NCBI GenBank assembly: GCA_003427395.1
Contig: BFEA01000023.1
Location: 5,676,945-5,740,944, forward strand
DNA length: 64,000 nt
Direction: 5' to 3'
Source of the DNA: Chara braunii
Lineage: Eukaryota; Plantae; Charophyceae
This document shows positions 38,786 to 51,251 of this stretch, in pieces (within the stretch, counting starts at the first letter, position 1; each line of letters starts with the position of its first letter). Both the position numbers and the translations under genes were made by a program. The notes beneath the pieces are model-generated. The model made no database searches and had not been told where the DNA came from. It saw nothing but the letters and a program-made list of their open reading frames with translations.

Positions 38786-39635
38786 GTAGACAATGAAGAA
38801 CGTCCAGGCTGTCATGGCTGGCACCTCATCTTTTGTGGCTCAGCAGTCCAGGATGCCATGGCTGGCTTTGCCGATCCAAAACAAAGCGCTGAAGCCCCAG
38901 TTCTATCTGTTTTTGGGCGCACGGCTCAAATTCACTAGTGGTTGAGTTCAAATAGCAAGCATTTCCGAGAATGGGCCATATTTGAGTCCAGAAGTATATT
39001 CCAATGCTCACATGTCCTGCCTCTGGATGCATTGCCACGCCACAGGGATGGAGAAAAATTGTGACCTAGACCCCCTCTCCACCCTCGCATCATGATCACA
39101 GACACATGCAAGAAGGGCACCCTATGGCCTTGAACCAGCAGTGCAACAGCCCCCGCACCCTAACCCCCCCCCCCCTCCAATCTCGCATCATAATCACAGA
39201 CACATGCAGGAAGGGCACTCTATCGCCTTAAAACACCAGTGCAACAGCCACCGCACGGCGCACTGAAGAGTTCAGTCATTTACGAGTACCCGGCAGTGTG
39301 AAAGTGCTACCACCGCCATTTTTGTGAAGGCCTGCACTTTAAGTTCTTCAAAATGCATTTTTTGGTTCATTGATATAGCTTTGGATGGACTGGTGGTTCA
39401 ACTACCGCTTTCCAGTCTGTGGAAGACCTCAGTCTTTTCGCATCATGATCTGATTCCCCCCCCAACTCGCCCACTTTCTCACAAATGGTTGCCCCATCAC
39501 TTCCACAATATACCTTCACATGACATTACCACATACGAACTCATCTCACATTTTGGGCTGAGCATCACAACCTTGATAGGTGCTTAAACATAGTAGGGTT
39601 TTTTTTTTTTTTTTCACAACTGGTTGGCCCTGATA

Positions 39636-39717
39636 GTGCTGGTGATACGAGCCTCTTCACGACTACCAAGCCATCCGTTGGCTCCGATCTATTGGTGGGG
39701 AGCAACACCTGCCAAAT
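39636..39717 (+). ncRNA. Structured dispersed repeat, copy f (opposite orientation)
   Basis: GTGCTG-GTGATACGA-GC...GGCTCCGATCTATTGGTGGGGAGCAACACCTGC. Confidence 0.45.
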
Positions 39718-39914
39718 CACATACAAAGAGTGCTGTGAACTTGGCTGTAGCCAGCCTCCCCTCCTGCCCCATTTCCTCGGTGCTATGCTGGCTGACTAGG
39801 TAGCCCAGCCCCCTGATGGTAGTTTTAACATCCCAACAAGAACACAGACACTGTGGTTTACACACAACACATGTCAGTCAGTCTCAGTCTCACAGAGCCT
39901 TCTAGCTTGAACCT

Positions 39915-40016
39915 TCTTCTCCCGAATACAACGTACAGTCATTATAGCTGTGTTTGTGGAATCTCTGAGTCTAAATACAGCTATAATGGCCATACCTTGT
40001 ATTCGGGGGAAGAAAG
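39915..40016. mobile_element. Palindromic Tc1/mariner-type MITE copy
   Basis: TTCTCCCGAATACAACGTACAGTCATTATAGCTG...CAGCTATAATGGCCATACCTTGTATTCGGGGGAAGAA. Confidence 0.75.
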
Positions 40017-40334
40017 TACTAGTAAGAAAGTACTGGTACTGGTTGATATAACAGTGGGACTGGACTCCTTCAGTTGCAGTTACTTCTGAAATATAAATCT
40101 CTGAGAATTCCCTTGAACATGACAGAGGCACTGGTCTCCTACAGGTTCAGTTAGATGAGCAGGCAAACATCACTCTACACACATCGACGACTCTTTGAGC
40201 TTATTTTTCACAGCCCACAAGAATTTCTCATTCATTCATTACTTGCCATTCATTCACTTCACAGAGACAGTGCTCACACATGAAAAGAAGACATTCAAAA
40301 TCACAAAAATCAGTCGAACCTCCACGCCAATCAA

Positions 40335-40457
40335 TCAATCTGAGTTGGTCCCCAATTTGCTCGGCATTCTTGACTTACTCCCATTGCGTCTGCAGGAAGT
40401 GAGCATATCAATATAGAACTGGCATTTCCCAATGTCAGAATCATTATGCTCCAGACA
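40335..40457 (-). CDS. CHCHD2: CHCH (twin CX9C) protein, last recognisable coding exon
   Basis: ttgcag|CLEHNDSDIGKCQFYIDMLTSCRRNG, completing C-X9-C / C-X9-C. A GTAAGT donor at 40378 may end the exon earlier. Confidence 0.85.
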   Translation of the reverse strand, partial: CLEHNDSDIGKCQFYIDMLTSCRRNGSKSRMPSKLGTNSD

Positions 40458-41173
40458 CTGCAACAAACCAAAAGCCACATCCAGCCACAGCAAAATCAAG
40501 TCATCACTCATGCAATATATCAAGGAAATGGAACAACTATGATTTGCTGCTCTGTGCAAACAACCGAACGAACACATAAGTACAAACACTTCACACCCCA
40601 CAGACCGACGAGCACACGAAAATCAAGTGTTGAAAAATGAGGCAAGAACAACATCAGGCAACACATACGAGGGGGTTGCAGGAGCGAGGAGCAGAGGATG
40701 GGCAGCAGGGGGGCAGTTGGGTTGGAGGCGGCTCTCGGCGGGGGGTAACCCGAAGAACGGTAGTCCAAGTCTAGACCCTTAAAGAGTCCAGCCCAGGACA
40801 AACAGGACATGATTGAAGGGTTCTATGCATGATGCCCCTCTGCCGGCACACTGCCCCTGTGCCGATGCTTTCTCGAGATGACCACCATACACAGCAAACA
40901 GCCACACAGGAGGCGGTGACCAAAGCACGAGTCAAGAAGAAAGCCCGGTCATTATGTTACAATGATCAACCCTGCACAGCCAGACGCTCATCATGTGTCA
41001 GATCACAGGAGACACAGAGACAGCAGGAAAAGGGGACCCAGCTGGTCAGAATTTTCAAGACAAGCTCATCGCTGGACGCCAAAGGTCACCCGGGTGGCCT
41101 CTCGGGCATTGGGTAGGAAACCGCCTTCCCGGGCCTCCCGCATGTAAAGGGAGAGCGAGAGCCACAGATACTT

Positions 41174-41400
41174 TATGAGGACTGATGAAGTGCAGCAACG
41201 AATGGTGGGGGCGTGCGGCTTGGAGTGTCGAACCTGAGAAGAGGCGGTTGGGGGGAAATTGTGGCTGTGATTTCCAGGTCCTGTAACCGACAGGACCTGG
41301 AAATCACAGCCACAATTTCCCCCCAACCGCCTCTTCTCAGGTTCGCCACTCCAAGCCGCACGCACCCACCATTCGTTGCTGCACTTCATCAATCCTCATA
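41174..41400. repeat. Near-perfect 227-bp palindrome (111-bp arms, 5-nt loop)
   Basis: TATGAGGACTGATGAAG...CAGGTCCTGT-AACCG-ACAGGACCTG...CTTCATCAATCCTCATA, with 3 mismatches counted by eye. Confidence 0.95.
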
Positions 41401-43446
41401 CCTGGGCCCTCCACTTTGCCATCACCCACCCACTTTGTTGTCGTCATAATTGCATCCTGGTCACCCATTGTTGTCAGTAAGTGAGAGAGAGAGAGCGGAA
41501 GGCTGGTCCTCCTCGTCTCTCCTCCTCCACATTCGTCATCCTTCCTCATTTCCCTTATCCACTTCCTCCTCCTCTCCTCCTTCCTCCTCCCTCCTTTTTG
41601 CACACCACACCAGCAATTTTTTCTTGTCAATCACTCCTTCGCCGCCACCCTCCCGTCCTCCTCCTGCCGCCTCCTCCCTCCTCCATCTTCCTTCCTGTTC
41701 CTTCCTCCTCGCTCCTCCTGGTCTCCAACTTGGTCTCCAATCCTCCCTCCTCCTCCTTATCCGCTGTGCTCCATAGTGGGAGGAGAAAAAAGGAGAGAGG
41801 AAGGACGAGAGGAGACAAGGATGGACTACGGAGAGGAGAGGGAGGGAGGAGGACACAAGGATAGAGGAGAGGGAGGGAGGAGGACACAAGGATAGAGGAG
41901 AGGGAAGGACAAAGGAGGCCACACAAATTCACCTTGCCCGACTTTTCGATCTCTCCTCCTCCCTCATTGCTCTTCTTCACCTCCTCCCTCCTCCTTCCTC
42001 CTCTGCCTGCAGTCCTTCCACCCTCCTTCCGCCATGTGGCACAGCGCCAGCTGCACCATGCATTTTTTTCCATTTTGTCGATTTCTCCTCCTCCCTCCTC
42101 CTCCCTCTCCCCTCCTCCCTCCTTCCCTCCCTCCCTCCTTCCTCCCCCTTCCTCCTCATCTTCCGTCATCTTTCCTCAAAATGACAACTCCCACACCCCC
42201 AGAAAAGTCTCCAGAAAATCGGGGGGAAAAAAGAACTCTCCAGCACACACCCCGGTGACCCAGGTGGATGCCAGGCGCTCTGCCCTCCCAGGCACACCCG
42301 ACCGGGTGACTTCATAGCACAAGTCAAGTCACCACAGTGTCCACAATACATGAACTCTTCTCCACACAGTCCTGACTCCAAAATAAGACATTTCAAATCA
42401 CCACCGCCCCCAGCACCGGCCACAGCCTGTGGATATACACACCGATCGCAGGATGGGCAAATCTACCGACTGTTGAGGGGCAACGCTTCAGGACACAACT
42501 TCAGAGTGCCTGTGGATGCACACCACTGCCCCCAGCTTCCAGCGATTTTCATGATTGTTCTTTTTGACAATGCATTCCTAACAAGATCATGAAATGCTGA
42601 CTAAATGCCAATGGGTTAGCGAAGACTTAAGGTCAAAAATAACAATAAAAAATGTAGCAAGTGGGAAAAAAAAGGCTATCGGGCAGGAAGACATATCGTA
42701 ATCCCCATGCTGTCACCTACTGTCTAGACCCAAATAGAACACCCAGTCATTTTTGACGCATCTGGACTGCAGCTTACACCAAATACAGCTGCAATGATCG
42801 GGCATTCTATTCGGGTGAAGACGGTCGGGAGAGGTTTGTGTGGCTGAGATTCTCCTTGGACAAGAACTCCGAGCAGAGAGATGGACGTTCAGAAAAGTAA
42901 TTATACCCATAGAGGCTTCTCATCCTGGAAGCCATTGGGCGGAAAAAAATAAAGAGGACCGGGGATTTGCCACTACAGATGTCGAATTATCCAAGTGAGA
43001 AGTTCCAGTCATTCTGCTTTTCTGTGTTGTGCAGTCTCCTGCCAGACAATAGCCAATAGGGCGACTGTTTCTGCATCAGGCAAGAAAGACAAAATTCCGC
43101 AGCTTTGTCCGCCAGGTGCAATACCGCCTCAGACACAGGAGGGCCAAGAGGCACAGATGAAGAGAAGCTGCATCTCTGCTGTCCATGTCCAGACATCCAC
43201 GAGTGGAATCTTGGTCGTTGTTTTTAGCCTGCATGACTTACATGCCACAGGACCAAATGGGGGAGGAAGGGATAAACAGGGGAGAGAAGAGGGGAATAAT
43301 CAGAGTGAACAGAGAGGAAGGACTGTCCCACCACATACAGCACACATGCATCCCTGCTTTGAATTCTCTTCTACCCTCTTCGGCCTCCCTGCACTCCCCA
43401 AAAAAGGAAATGAAAAAAAAAGACATGAGACAAATTATGATGCATT

Positions 43447-43549
43447 GGGACGCTGGACCCGGTTTCCAGCAGGTGCAGCTCCCCACCTATAGAATGGAGT
43501 CATCCAAAACACGGGCCAGTAGAAGGGGTGTCTGCTCTTACCAGCATCC
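43447..43549 (-). ncRNA. Structured dispersed repeat, copy g (full length)
   Basis: Minus: GGATG-CTGGTAAGA-GCAG...CTGC-TG-GAAACCGGGTC-CAGCGTCCC. Poly-A follows on +. Confidence 0.55.
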
Positions 43550-43737
43550 AAAAAAAAAAAAAAAAAAGAGAAATGGGCCTGTTCAGACTGCCCATACTCC
43601 AACCGCCGACTATGCCTGCTCTGCCAGACTAGCACTATAAATAGACACTGGGCAATTGCGACAAGTTTAACCACAGGCTGATCGGCAAATGGTGGCATTT
43701 AAAGCTGCCAAAGATGGCACAAAGCAGTTCTACTCAC

Positions 43738-43913
43738 ATCTTGAAATGCCTTCGCCTGATTAGCACACGCATCAACTGTCTGACCCCCGAAAGGCGATGA
43801 AGCTGCAAGAGGCTCCGGAGCAGCAGCCGCAGGTGCTGCACCACCACCTCTTGGACCCATCACAGCATCAACTGCTCTGTGCGCCACAGCACTCCCAGTT
43901 CCAAACGCCATTC
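43738..43913 (-). CDS. CHCHD2: CHCH protein exon 3
   Basis: cag|(G)MAFGTGSAVAHRAVDAVMGPR...CANQAKAFQD|gtgagt, the hallmark motif of the CHCHD2/Mix17/At12Cys family. Confidence 0.95.
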
Positions 43914-45083
43914 CTGCATGTGGTCACAATCAAAGCGTGCGTCAGAACTTGTGACATACCAATAACCATTACATTACATAACAGTAGTGTTCAAAGCTGA
44001 ATTACAACGATGGGCCAGTTGATAGAGGGATGTTGGATAGGTCCGAATAATAAGGACGTTGAGGACCGGAGAAGGAGTCCATCAATCATCACTAACATAC
44101 AGACNNNNNNNNNNNNNNNNNNNNNNNNNNNNNNNNNNNNNNNNNNNNNNNNNNNNNNNNNNNNNNNNNNNNNNNNNNNNNNNNNNNNNNNNNNNNNNNN
44201 NNNNNNNNNNNNNNNNNNNNNNNNNNNNNNNNNNNNNNNNNNNNNNNNNNNNNNNNNNNNNNNNNNNNNNNNNNNNNNNNNNNNNNNNNNNNNNNNNNNN
44301 NNNNNNNNNNNNNNNNNNNNNNNNNNNNNNNNNNNNNNNNNNNNNNNNNNNNNNNNNNNNNNNNNNNNNNNNNNNNNTCAAAAAAGAACAGGTTCTTCTG
44401 CTTAGAGTGTGTACTGCCATCTTCACCCAAACAGAACAACATGTGGTTATTATAGCTCTATCCAGACCGGAAGTTGCCCTCATACAACTTTAACGACCGG
44501 GTGTTCTATTCCAGTGAAGACAGTTGAGCAACAGCTCGTCCTGGACATCAATATTATGCACACTTGCACACAACAACACCCTGAAGATTCAGCAATGCCA
44601 ACTAAAATGGGTGACAGCAAGTGAATGGAGGAAGAGAGGCAGGCATCAGACACGTGATGCGCATCACACAAGTGAAACACAACAGATACCCAATTGCATG
44701 ACCAGGTTGCATTACACCCTAAACTGGACGAAGACAAGCCTAGAACCTGGATCCACAGGACACAGGGCCAAGTAACCCAAGTAGCCGCAAACGCAGTCCT
44801 AAAGATTACTGCCCCACTTGGATGACGACAACCAGATGCATACTTTCCAAGTTTCTATACAAAGTATTCACGATAAGCAAACTTAGCAGTGTCCACTCAA
44901 AGCATATGATACAGATAGTCGAGCAATATGAGAAAATTCCCGGTAGCAGAACCTCAGTCTAAAGAACTGACCTTCACAAAGCAAAGAATCAACACTGTAT
45001 AAACAGAACCTGAAGTAAGGCAAGTAATCATGCACCACGAGAAAGGGTCTAGAGATTAAAGAACCTCTGTTCAAAGAACTGAC

Positions 45084-45167
45084 CTTGGGCAATTGTCGAG
45101 CCAATGCCGCCAAGAAGCGAGCCTCCTCCATCCCTTTGGGGAACAGCAGGCGGGGGAGCCTGTGCCA
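45084..45167 (-). CDS. CHCHD2: CHCH protein exon 2
   Basis: cag|(V)AQAPPPAVPQRDGGGSLLGGIGSTIAQ(G)|gtcag. 84 bp, phase 1/1, joins in frame to GMAFG. Confidence 0.9.
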
Positions 45168-45467
45168 CTGCATGCACAGCGACCACAAACACAAATACCA
45201 GATATGAGAGAACTTAAGGAGCAGATTCATCCCAACCTCACGCTCCACGATTCAAACAGTTTTTCCGAAACAAGAGGTAGCAGCATGGGAAATGACACAA
45301 AGATAACACAATCAGCGGCAGACACAACCCAGCTCATGAGGCCCAATGGCTCACCGATGTTGACGAACAGAAACACTGAGACTGAATCCTGACCAACTCG
45401 AATACAATGCTGACAGAGACTATCCCCTTTAAAAAGGAAGTAGGGCCACAGGCAGGGTAGTTTTGCA

Positions 45468-45892
45468 GCCTATGGCCGACCGTTCTGCAGCTTACCAGTA
45501 GGGCCGACTGGTAGGCCATCTGCCAGCTGGTCACAAGAGGGTCATCCACTGAATCTTTTTTTTTTTTTACTCAGGGCTGTACTGCACTTACTATACAGCC
45601 CAAATCCGCCGATAAACTTCTAGGAAGGGAGAGTTACGGGGAACGTAGGGGGGGAGGGGGGGTATGGGGGTGTTGGGGGGCCGTTATGGCGTGTTGGGGT
45701 TCTGGGAGGGACACGGGGAGTGGCGGTGGGGAATATTCAGGGGGCATGAAGGTCTGGTTTTTTGTCGTTTCTTTTTCTTGTGGAATGCCTACCAACAACT
45801 GACCAGTATGCGCTACGGCCGCAACGGTCAGCTGGTAGGCCGCTGACCAATCAAAAGCACCTACCATTGGCAGGACCACTCTGGCCATAGGC
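45468..45892. mobile_element. Possible MITE with short TIRs
   Basis: GCCTATGGCC ... GGCCATAGGC termini, with internal CTGGTAGGCC sub-repeats. Confidence 0.35.
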
Positions 45893-47847
45893 AATAAACA
45901 CAAACAAAGTCATGTTGCGCTTCAGTGTACCTGGATTTCCCAGTATGCCTTACAATTATTCCGGTCGTATATAGAATCACAGTACGACTTAGAATTGTGT
46001 GTATGTGCAGGGGCTCCACACTCTTACCCCTACCAACTACACAGACTCAACCTTGACCCTATCAGCTATTGTCCTAACCTTACGTTCTACTTCATCAGAC
46101 TCGTTGAAGACTTTGCATGCTGCTTTCAGGCACGACCTACCACTAGCCATAGCACGAACACGTAGCTGAGACCGATGGCCTGGGCCAGCTTGAGAGCAGT
46201 GCAGAGATGGAAAGAGCCTCCCTTTAACTGAGATCTGCGATGTCACAACTACACCATCAACCTCTTCCTCAGCATTCAGATGAGAGCAGTGCAGAGATTG
46301 AGAGAGCCATCCTCCGACTGAGATCTGCGATGTGGCTACTACACCATCAACCTCTTCCTCAGCATTCAGAGTTTGCCCATCCTCCCTAACGCTCTCAAAG
46401 TCTCTAGCCACACGGGTCAGGGTCCAGCCCCTTTATGAGCAAGCTCCCCCACTCTACCAACTACACGCAGAGCTGTCATCAGTCGATCGTTTCGCAGCAC
46501 CACTATGGAACCAGCCCTCCATGTGGCCATGACCGGCGGCACTTAAAGTGGCATAATTATCGCAACTATTGCCTAAATACCAGTAAGGAATGACCACAGA
46601 GTTGTCCACAGAGGACTCTTCCGCAGCACCACTATGGAATAATAATTATCGCAATTATTGACTAAATAGCAGTAATCAACGAACCATCACAAGGTCTGCA
46701 GGTCATCGTTGAGCAGGAACCATGCTCACCCTCTTTTAGCAATTGCAGTTAGAAAATCATGATCGACCCTTGTCCTTTTTGTCATGGATGGCCCCGCAGG
46801 CTGATGCCCTAGCTGCTACCGACCTCACCCTCATAGAACGCCCAGCCATTATCGCTGGATCCAGACTGAAAAGTGCTGCATCTCAGACTGAAAGTTGCCC
46901 CAAAGACAGCAATAATGAGGTGGCAATCTATTCAGGTGAAGACAGTAGTTTCAGATCAGAGGCACACAGCTCATGGCTCCAAGTTGGTCCAGCCTGTGCC
47001 TGCTACCATCTTCCCCGAATAGATCACACGATCAGTGTCGCTGTAGATAGACTATAAGTCGGCCAAAGTCTGCTATAATAACTATATGTTCAATTCAGGC
47101 GAAGCCAGTAGTCTGAAACCCTGCTGAATACCACGCATTTACGGGTACTGCTAAAGTTCACTTAAGGATTCATATCTTATCTGGCTCAATATAATTCTGA
47201 GACAACATAGCGCTCCAGCCTCACTGATTGAATATCGCTTTTATCCCAACTACAGGGAAGAAAGCCACAACAAAAAATGCCACAACGAGTGCTGACAAAC
47301 CTAAGGTATCCATATCATCATGCAGCTCCTGGCCCGGCTTCAGGACTTGTCAGGACGAGAGATACAGACTATGTGCTGCAGAACACAGTCACACATCCAG
47401 TGGGTCAAAGGGACACCACACAGTGGACAAGAAAGAGACATTGGATAAGTGACTGGACCCTCATCTGCTGGAAAAATAGTGGCTAATCAGTCGTAAAAGG
47501 CCTGCTGTTTTTAAGCAGTCAAAATCACTAAGCAAAGAGCTAACACTCCATGAATGCGACAATCACAAAGCAGGGGACACGCCCTGGCAAAGTCAACTCC
47601 CTTCGCTCACACTTATCGACTCGACTCAAATTGCCATCTATAAAGCACACTCTGCCACCAGGGATCCACACTATAGATGCTGGCGAGTACACGTCACACA
47701 GCAGGCAACTTCATGGTTTGAGCCCTACTTCTGTCCGCCATGAAATAGCATCACCACGGACGTGGCCCCCACTATAGAGGTGGAGAATGCCCTAAAAACG
47801 CACAGATCACTGCGAGTCCAGGCCTTGGCATATATTGACAGGCACAA

Positions 47848-48220
47848 GGGCACAACGGCAAATACATAACCCAAGGCCCTCGGTGTTTTGCTATTGCATT
47901 CATGTTACAGGCTTACAGGTCATTTTGCAGCGTACGAAGACCCACAACAGCAGCAGTTAGACGACCTGAATGAACAGACAGAAATGCCGATGTATACGAA
48001 GGGCACAACGGCAAATACATAACCCACGGCCCTCAGTATTTTGCTATTGCATTCACGTTACAGGCTTACAGGTCATTTCCACAACAGCAGCAGTTAGACG
48101 ACCTGAATGAACAGAGGAATGCCAATGTATACGAAGGGCACACAGCATATACATAACCCAAGCCACAACAGCAGCAGTTAGGCGACCTGAATGAACAGAC
48201 AGAAATGCCAATATATACGA
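47848..48220. repeat. Tandem repeat, three partly deleted ~150-bp units
   Basis: GGGCACAACGGCAAATACATAACCCA...CCACAACAGCAGCAGTTAGACGACCTGAATGAACAGA repeated. Confidence 0.85.
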
Positions 48221-48670
48221 CTTGCACAATCAATACCCCACCCAGGATTTGGGTACATCACCCAAATTGCGCTTAGGCAGAGAAGGAAACCGAAAAGCAA
48301 ACCACTACCACGAACTGAGCTCCCTGTCAAACCCTCCCCTGCTCCACACTACTGGTCGCCCAGCAAAATCAGTGACAACCAGCTGCCTTAGAAACCACAA
48401 TAGACCTGTTATTAAGGCAACTTGGGAAAATGTTAGTGCAAACTTGTGGCGGTTTAATTGCCTTAGGCAGCTGGTTCTCACTGATTTTGCTGGTTTCTAA
48501 AAAATCAGTGACAGGCAGTTCGGGACAACCAGCTGACTTAGAAACGACAAAAAAATCAGTGACAGGTAGTTTGGGAAAATGTTAGTTCGAACTTGCCGGG
48601 GTTTAATTGCCTTACAATAAACCCTACGTCAATTTTCACATCGTGCATCTATCATAACCTGAAAATCAGG

Positions 48671-48841
48671 ACGAGGGGCTGTGACAAACTGTTTCGTCGG
48701 AGTTTCGCCGACACATAGTAGGCTGAACCCTCAACAGTCTGCAGAAGACGCAGAGAAGAGGACAACAAACAAGGGGCTGTGACAAACTGTTTCGTCGGAG
48801 TTCCACCGACACATAGTAGGCTGAACCCTCAACAGTCTGCT
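48671..48841 (-). ncRNA. 98-bp tandem dimer of type III hammerhead family A (core mutated)
   Basis: Minus: GCAGACT-GTT-GAGGGTTCAGCCTA-CTATGT-GTCGG-N7-CCGAC-GAA-ACAGTTTGT twice, 98 nt apart. Stems II and III are intact; CTGATGA has decayed. Confidence 0.7.
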
Positions 48842-49816
48842 GAATCCCCAACCTGATTAAACTGTAAGTGATAATCCACCTTAACCTCGGTTGTGGTTAA
48901 GCATCAACAACTGCCCGACAATTGATAGCTTGAGGTGTGCACCAACCACTGCCCTCACGGTAGCTGTGACGAAAATCGAAGCAGACTATCACTCACCCAC
49001 TCCAGAAAAAATCTACAGACTGTGGACTGTCATTTCACACCCCATCACAAGCCAGCAAAACACCCACGAAACAAAGAAAGTTCTATCTCAGCCAACAAAT
49101 ACACTACACACTGGCACTAGAGAAACAGCATGGCCACGTAGTGACGTATATACTGTCATAGACAACACAATACATTCTCCCGTCTACTCCAACATTCAAC
49201 GCACATCAGTTTGTTTTATGTATGCGTGTTTTAAGTATTTCCCAGTGAACAATGGTTTTCAAGAACTGCGAGGGAAAGGCAAAAAGAACCTAAGAAAGGG
49301 TGTGACACATAGTTGATGCACGTGGGAAAGGCAAAAAAACACTAAGAAAGGGTGTGACACATAGTCCTTTGACCCAGCAAGTTGATGCACGTCAGAACTT
49401 CAGAACCTGAATTACACATCGATTTGGGGAAAGCAAATCGTTTTTTTTTTGTTTTTTTTTTTTTGTTTTTTAACAACACACGGACCCAGTGCCCAAGGCT
49501 TACGTTCTCATCAAACAGTTGAGGCCGGGATCCTCACAGTCTACCCGGATGGCTGGAAAGGCTTATATTCTCATCAAACAGTTGAGGCCGGGGTCCTCAC
49601 AGACTATTCGGATGGCTGGGAGCATTACCCAGTTTCGCTTACGGGGTTTGACCACACCCCAAGGGGACAAACCCCCTGGAAATACAGACTGACAGAGACG
49701 AGAATAGTCCAGATCGAAACCGAGCCGCCCCTAACTCAAGGCAGTGGAGCCTTGGCTCCTCTAGGAACTGTGGAACTCCCTCCTATCCCCGTTTCCTTCC
49801 ATCTAACAAGAGTTAA

Positions 49817-51130
49817 TTTTATTTTTTTATTTTATTTTCCAAAACTTTCATTTACAGGAGGCCGGGGACCTCGCAATTCAACCCGGAGTTGTCCCGGCAG
49901 CATCAGCCGGTTTCGCTTATAGGCATTGTTCCTGATCCTGATCATCCAACAACTCATTCATTCTGTCTTAAAACTTGGCTTGGTACGTTCCCGACCTACC
50001 CTAGTTCTATGACTGTACCTATTGTAACCTAGACTACCTAACTACTACTGCACAGGCCTACAAAACGGCCCGAACCCCGCCCAATACGGCCGGGAGGAAC
50101 ATTTTTGTTCCCTTTAAAGAAATGACTCTCTTACCCTCCCAACCCTCTACTGTGGCCGCCGACCGGAACCGAGTGTGCCTGGTTCTTGCACTGGACCAAC
50201 AGAACCTACTCACTTCAGCCACCCGTAATCTCTAGTCTTCCTTGTGGAGAAATCTTAGACAATCGACCCTCCATCGCCCGGGTTTGCCTGAACCATTTCA
50301 AGCCTGACTGCCTATCTTCGCGCTGAACCCTTCGAATCCAGTCAGCGCTGATCTGGGTCCCCACCAGGCGTCTGAAGATTTTCTCAGCCTGTGTTTCCTG
50401 AAGAGGTTCTCCTTAGGAAACGCCTTCCACTCCTATCCAGCCAGATAGTCCACAACATTGCTAGTCTGACCACCTGTGCTATGTACTCCCACCCTTCGCT
50501 GCTGCTTGCAACGTCGGGGGGCAACACTCCTTGCAGAACCCATCTCTTGCCAGTCAAGTTTTCTTTGCCGAGTTTTCTTTGCCGGAGAAGGCCACCCAGT
50601 GTCTCTCCCACCATTTCCACCACTTTTCCGAAACCTCACATTCCCACCACAAGTGTTGCATCGATTCTGTGGCATCTGATCATCTGTCACATTGAATTCT
50701 TACCTCTATCTGACGGTCTTGAAGCCATTTGGCAGTAGGGACTGCCAGATGAGATTGTAGCCAGGCCCGAGAGGCCAGCTTCTGGGAGGGAACTACCTTC
50801 AATTGTGACCAAAGCGTGGTCAGTTCCTTTTCTGAGGGTGGTTCTATTTCCGGGCATTGGCTCTGCCATCTGTCTGCAATAATTTCACTGGCGTGAGGCA
50901 GCTTCCTGCGTATCGCGAGCACCAATGTGGAGGATAGATTTCTCAGCCCCCAGGATGGTTCGTTGTATACCTGCCAGCCCCATACTTCCGGGTCTATTTT
51001 CATATCGCGTAGCGGAACTGCATTGGTGCGGGCTCGGGCTGAAGGTGGACTGCTGTCTTTCAATCACAGCTTGATTTTTGGATGTTTACATCAGGATTTG
51101 AAATTCAGGTCTGTTAAAAACGATTTGCTT
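49817..51130 (-). mobile_element. 5'-truncated L1-clade LINE (zf-RVT C-terminus, 3' UTR, A-rich tail)
   Basis: IDPEVWGW..LWSQLKVVPSQKLASRAWLQSHLAVPTAKWL..QCDR..QHLWWEC..LWTIWLDR, with an A-rich tail at 49817-49838 on -. Confidence 0.85.
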
Positions 51131-51251
51131 GCTTACTTGCTTAGTGGCCAAGCAAATCGTTTTTAAGTTTTAACAGACCTGAATTTCAAGTTCTGATGTA
51201 AACATCCGAAAATCAAACTGTGATTGAAAGACAGTCCACCTTCAGCACGAG
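51033..51251. repeat. Inverted duplication at the LINE 5' junction
   Basis: GCTGAAGGTGGAC..TTCAATCACAG..TCAGGTCTGTTAAAAACGATTTGCTTG inverts to CAAGCAAATCG..TTAACAGACCTGA..GTCCACCTTCAGC. Confidence 0.85.
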
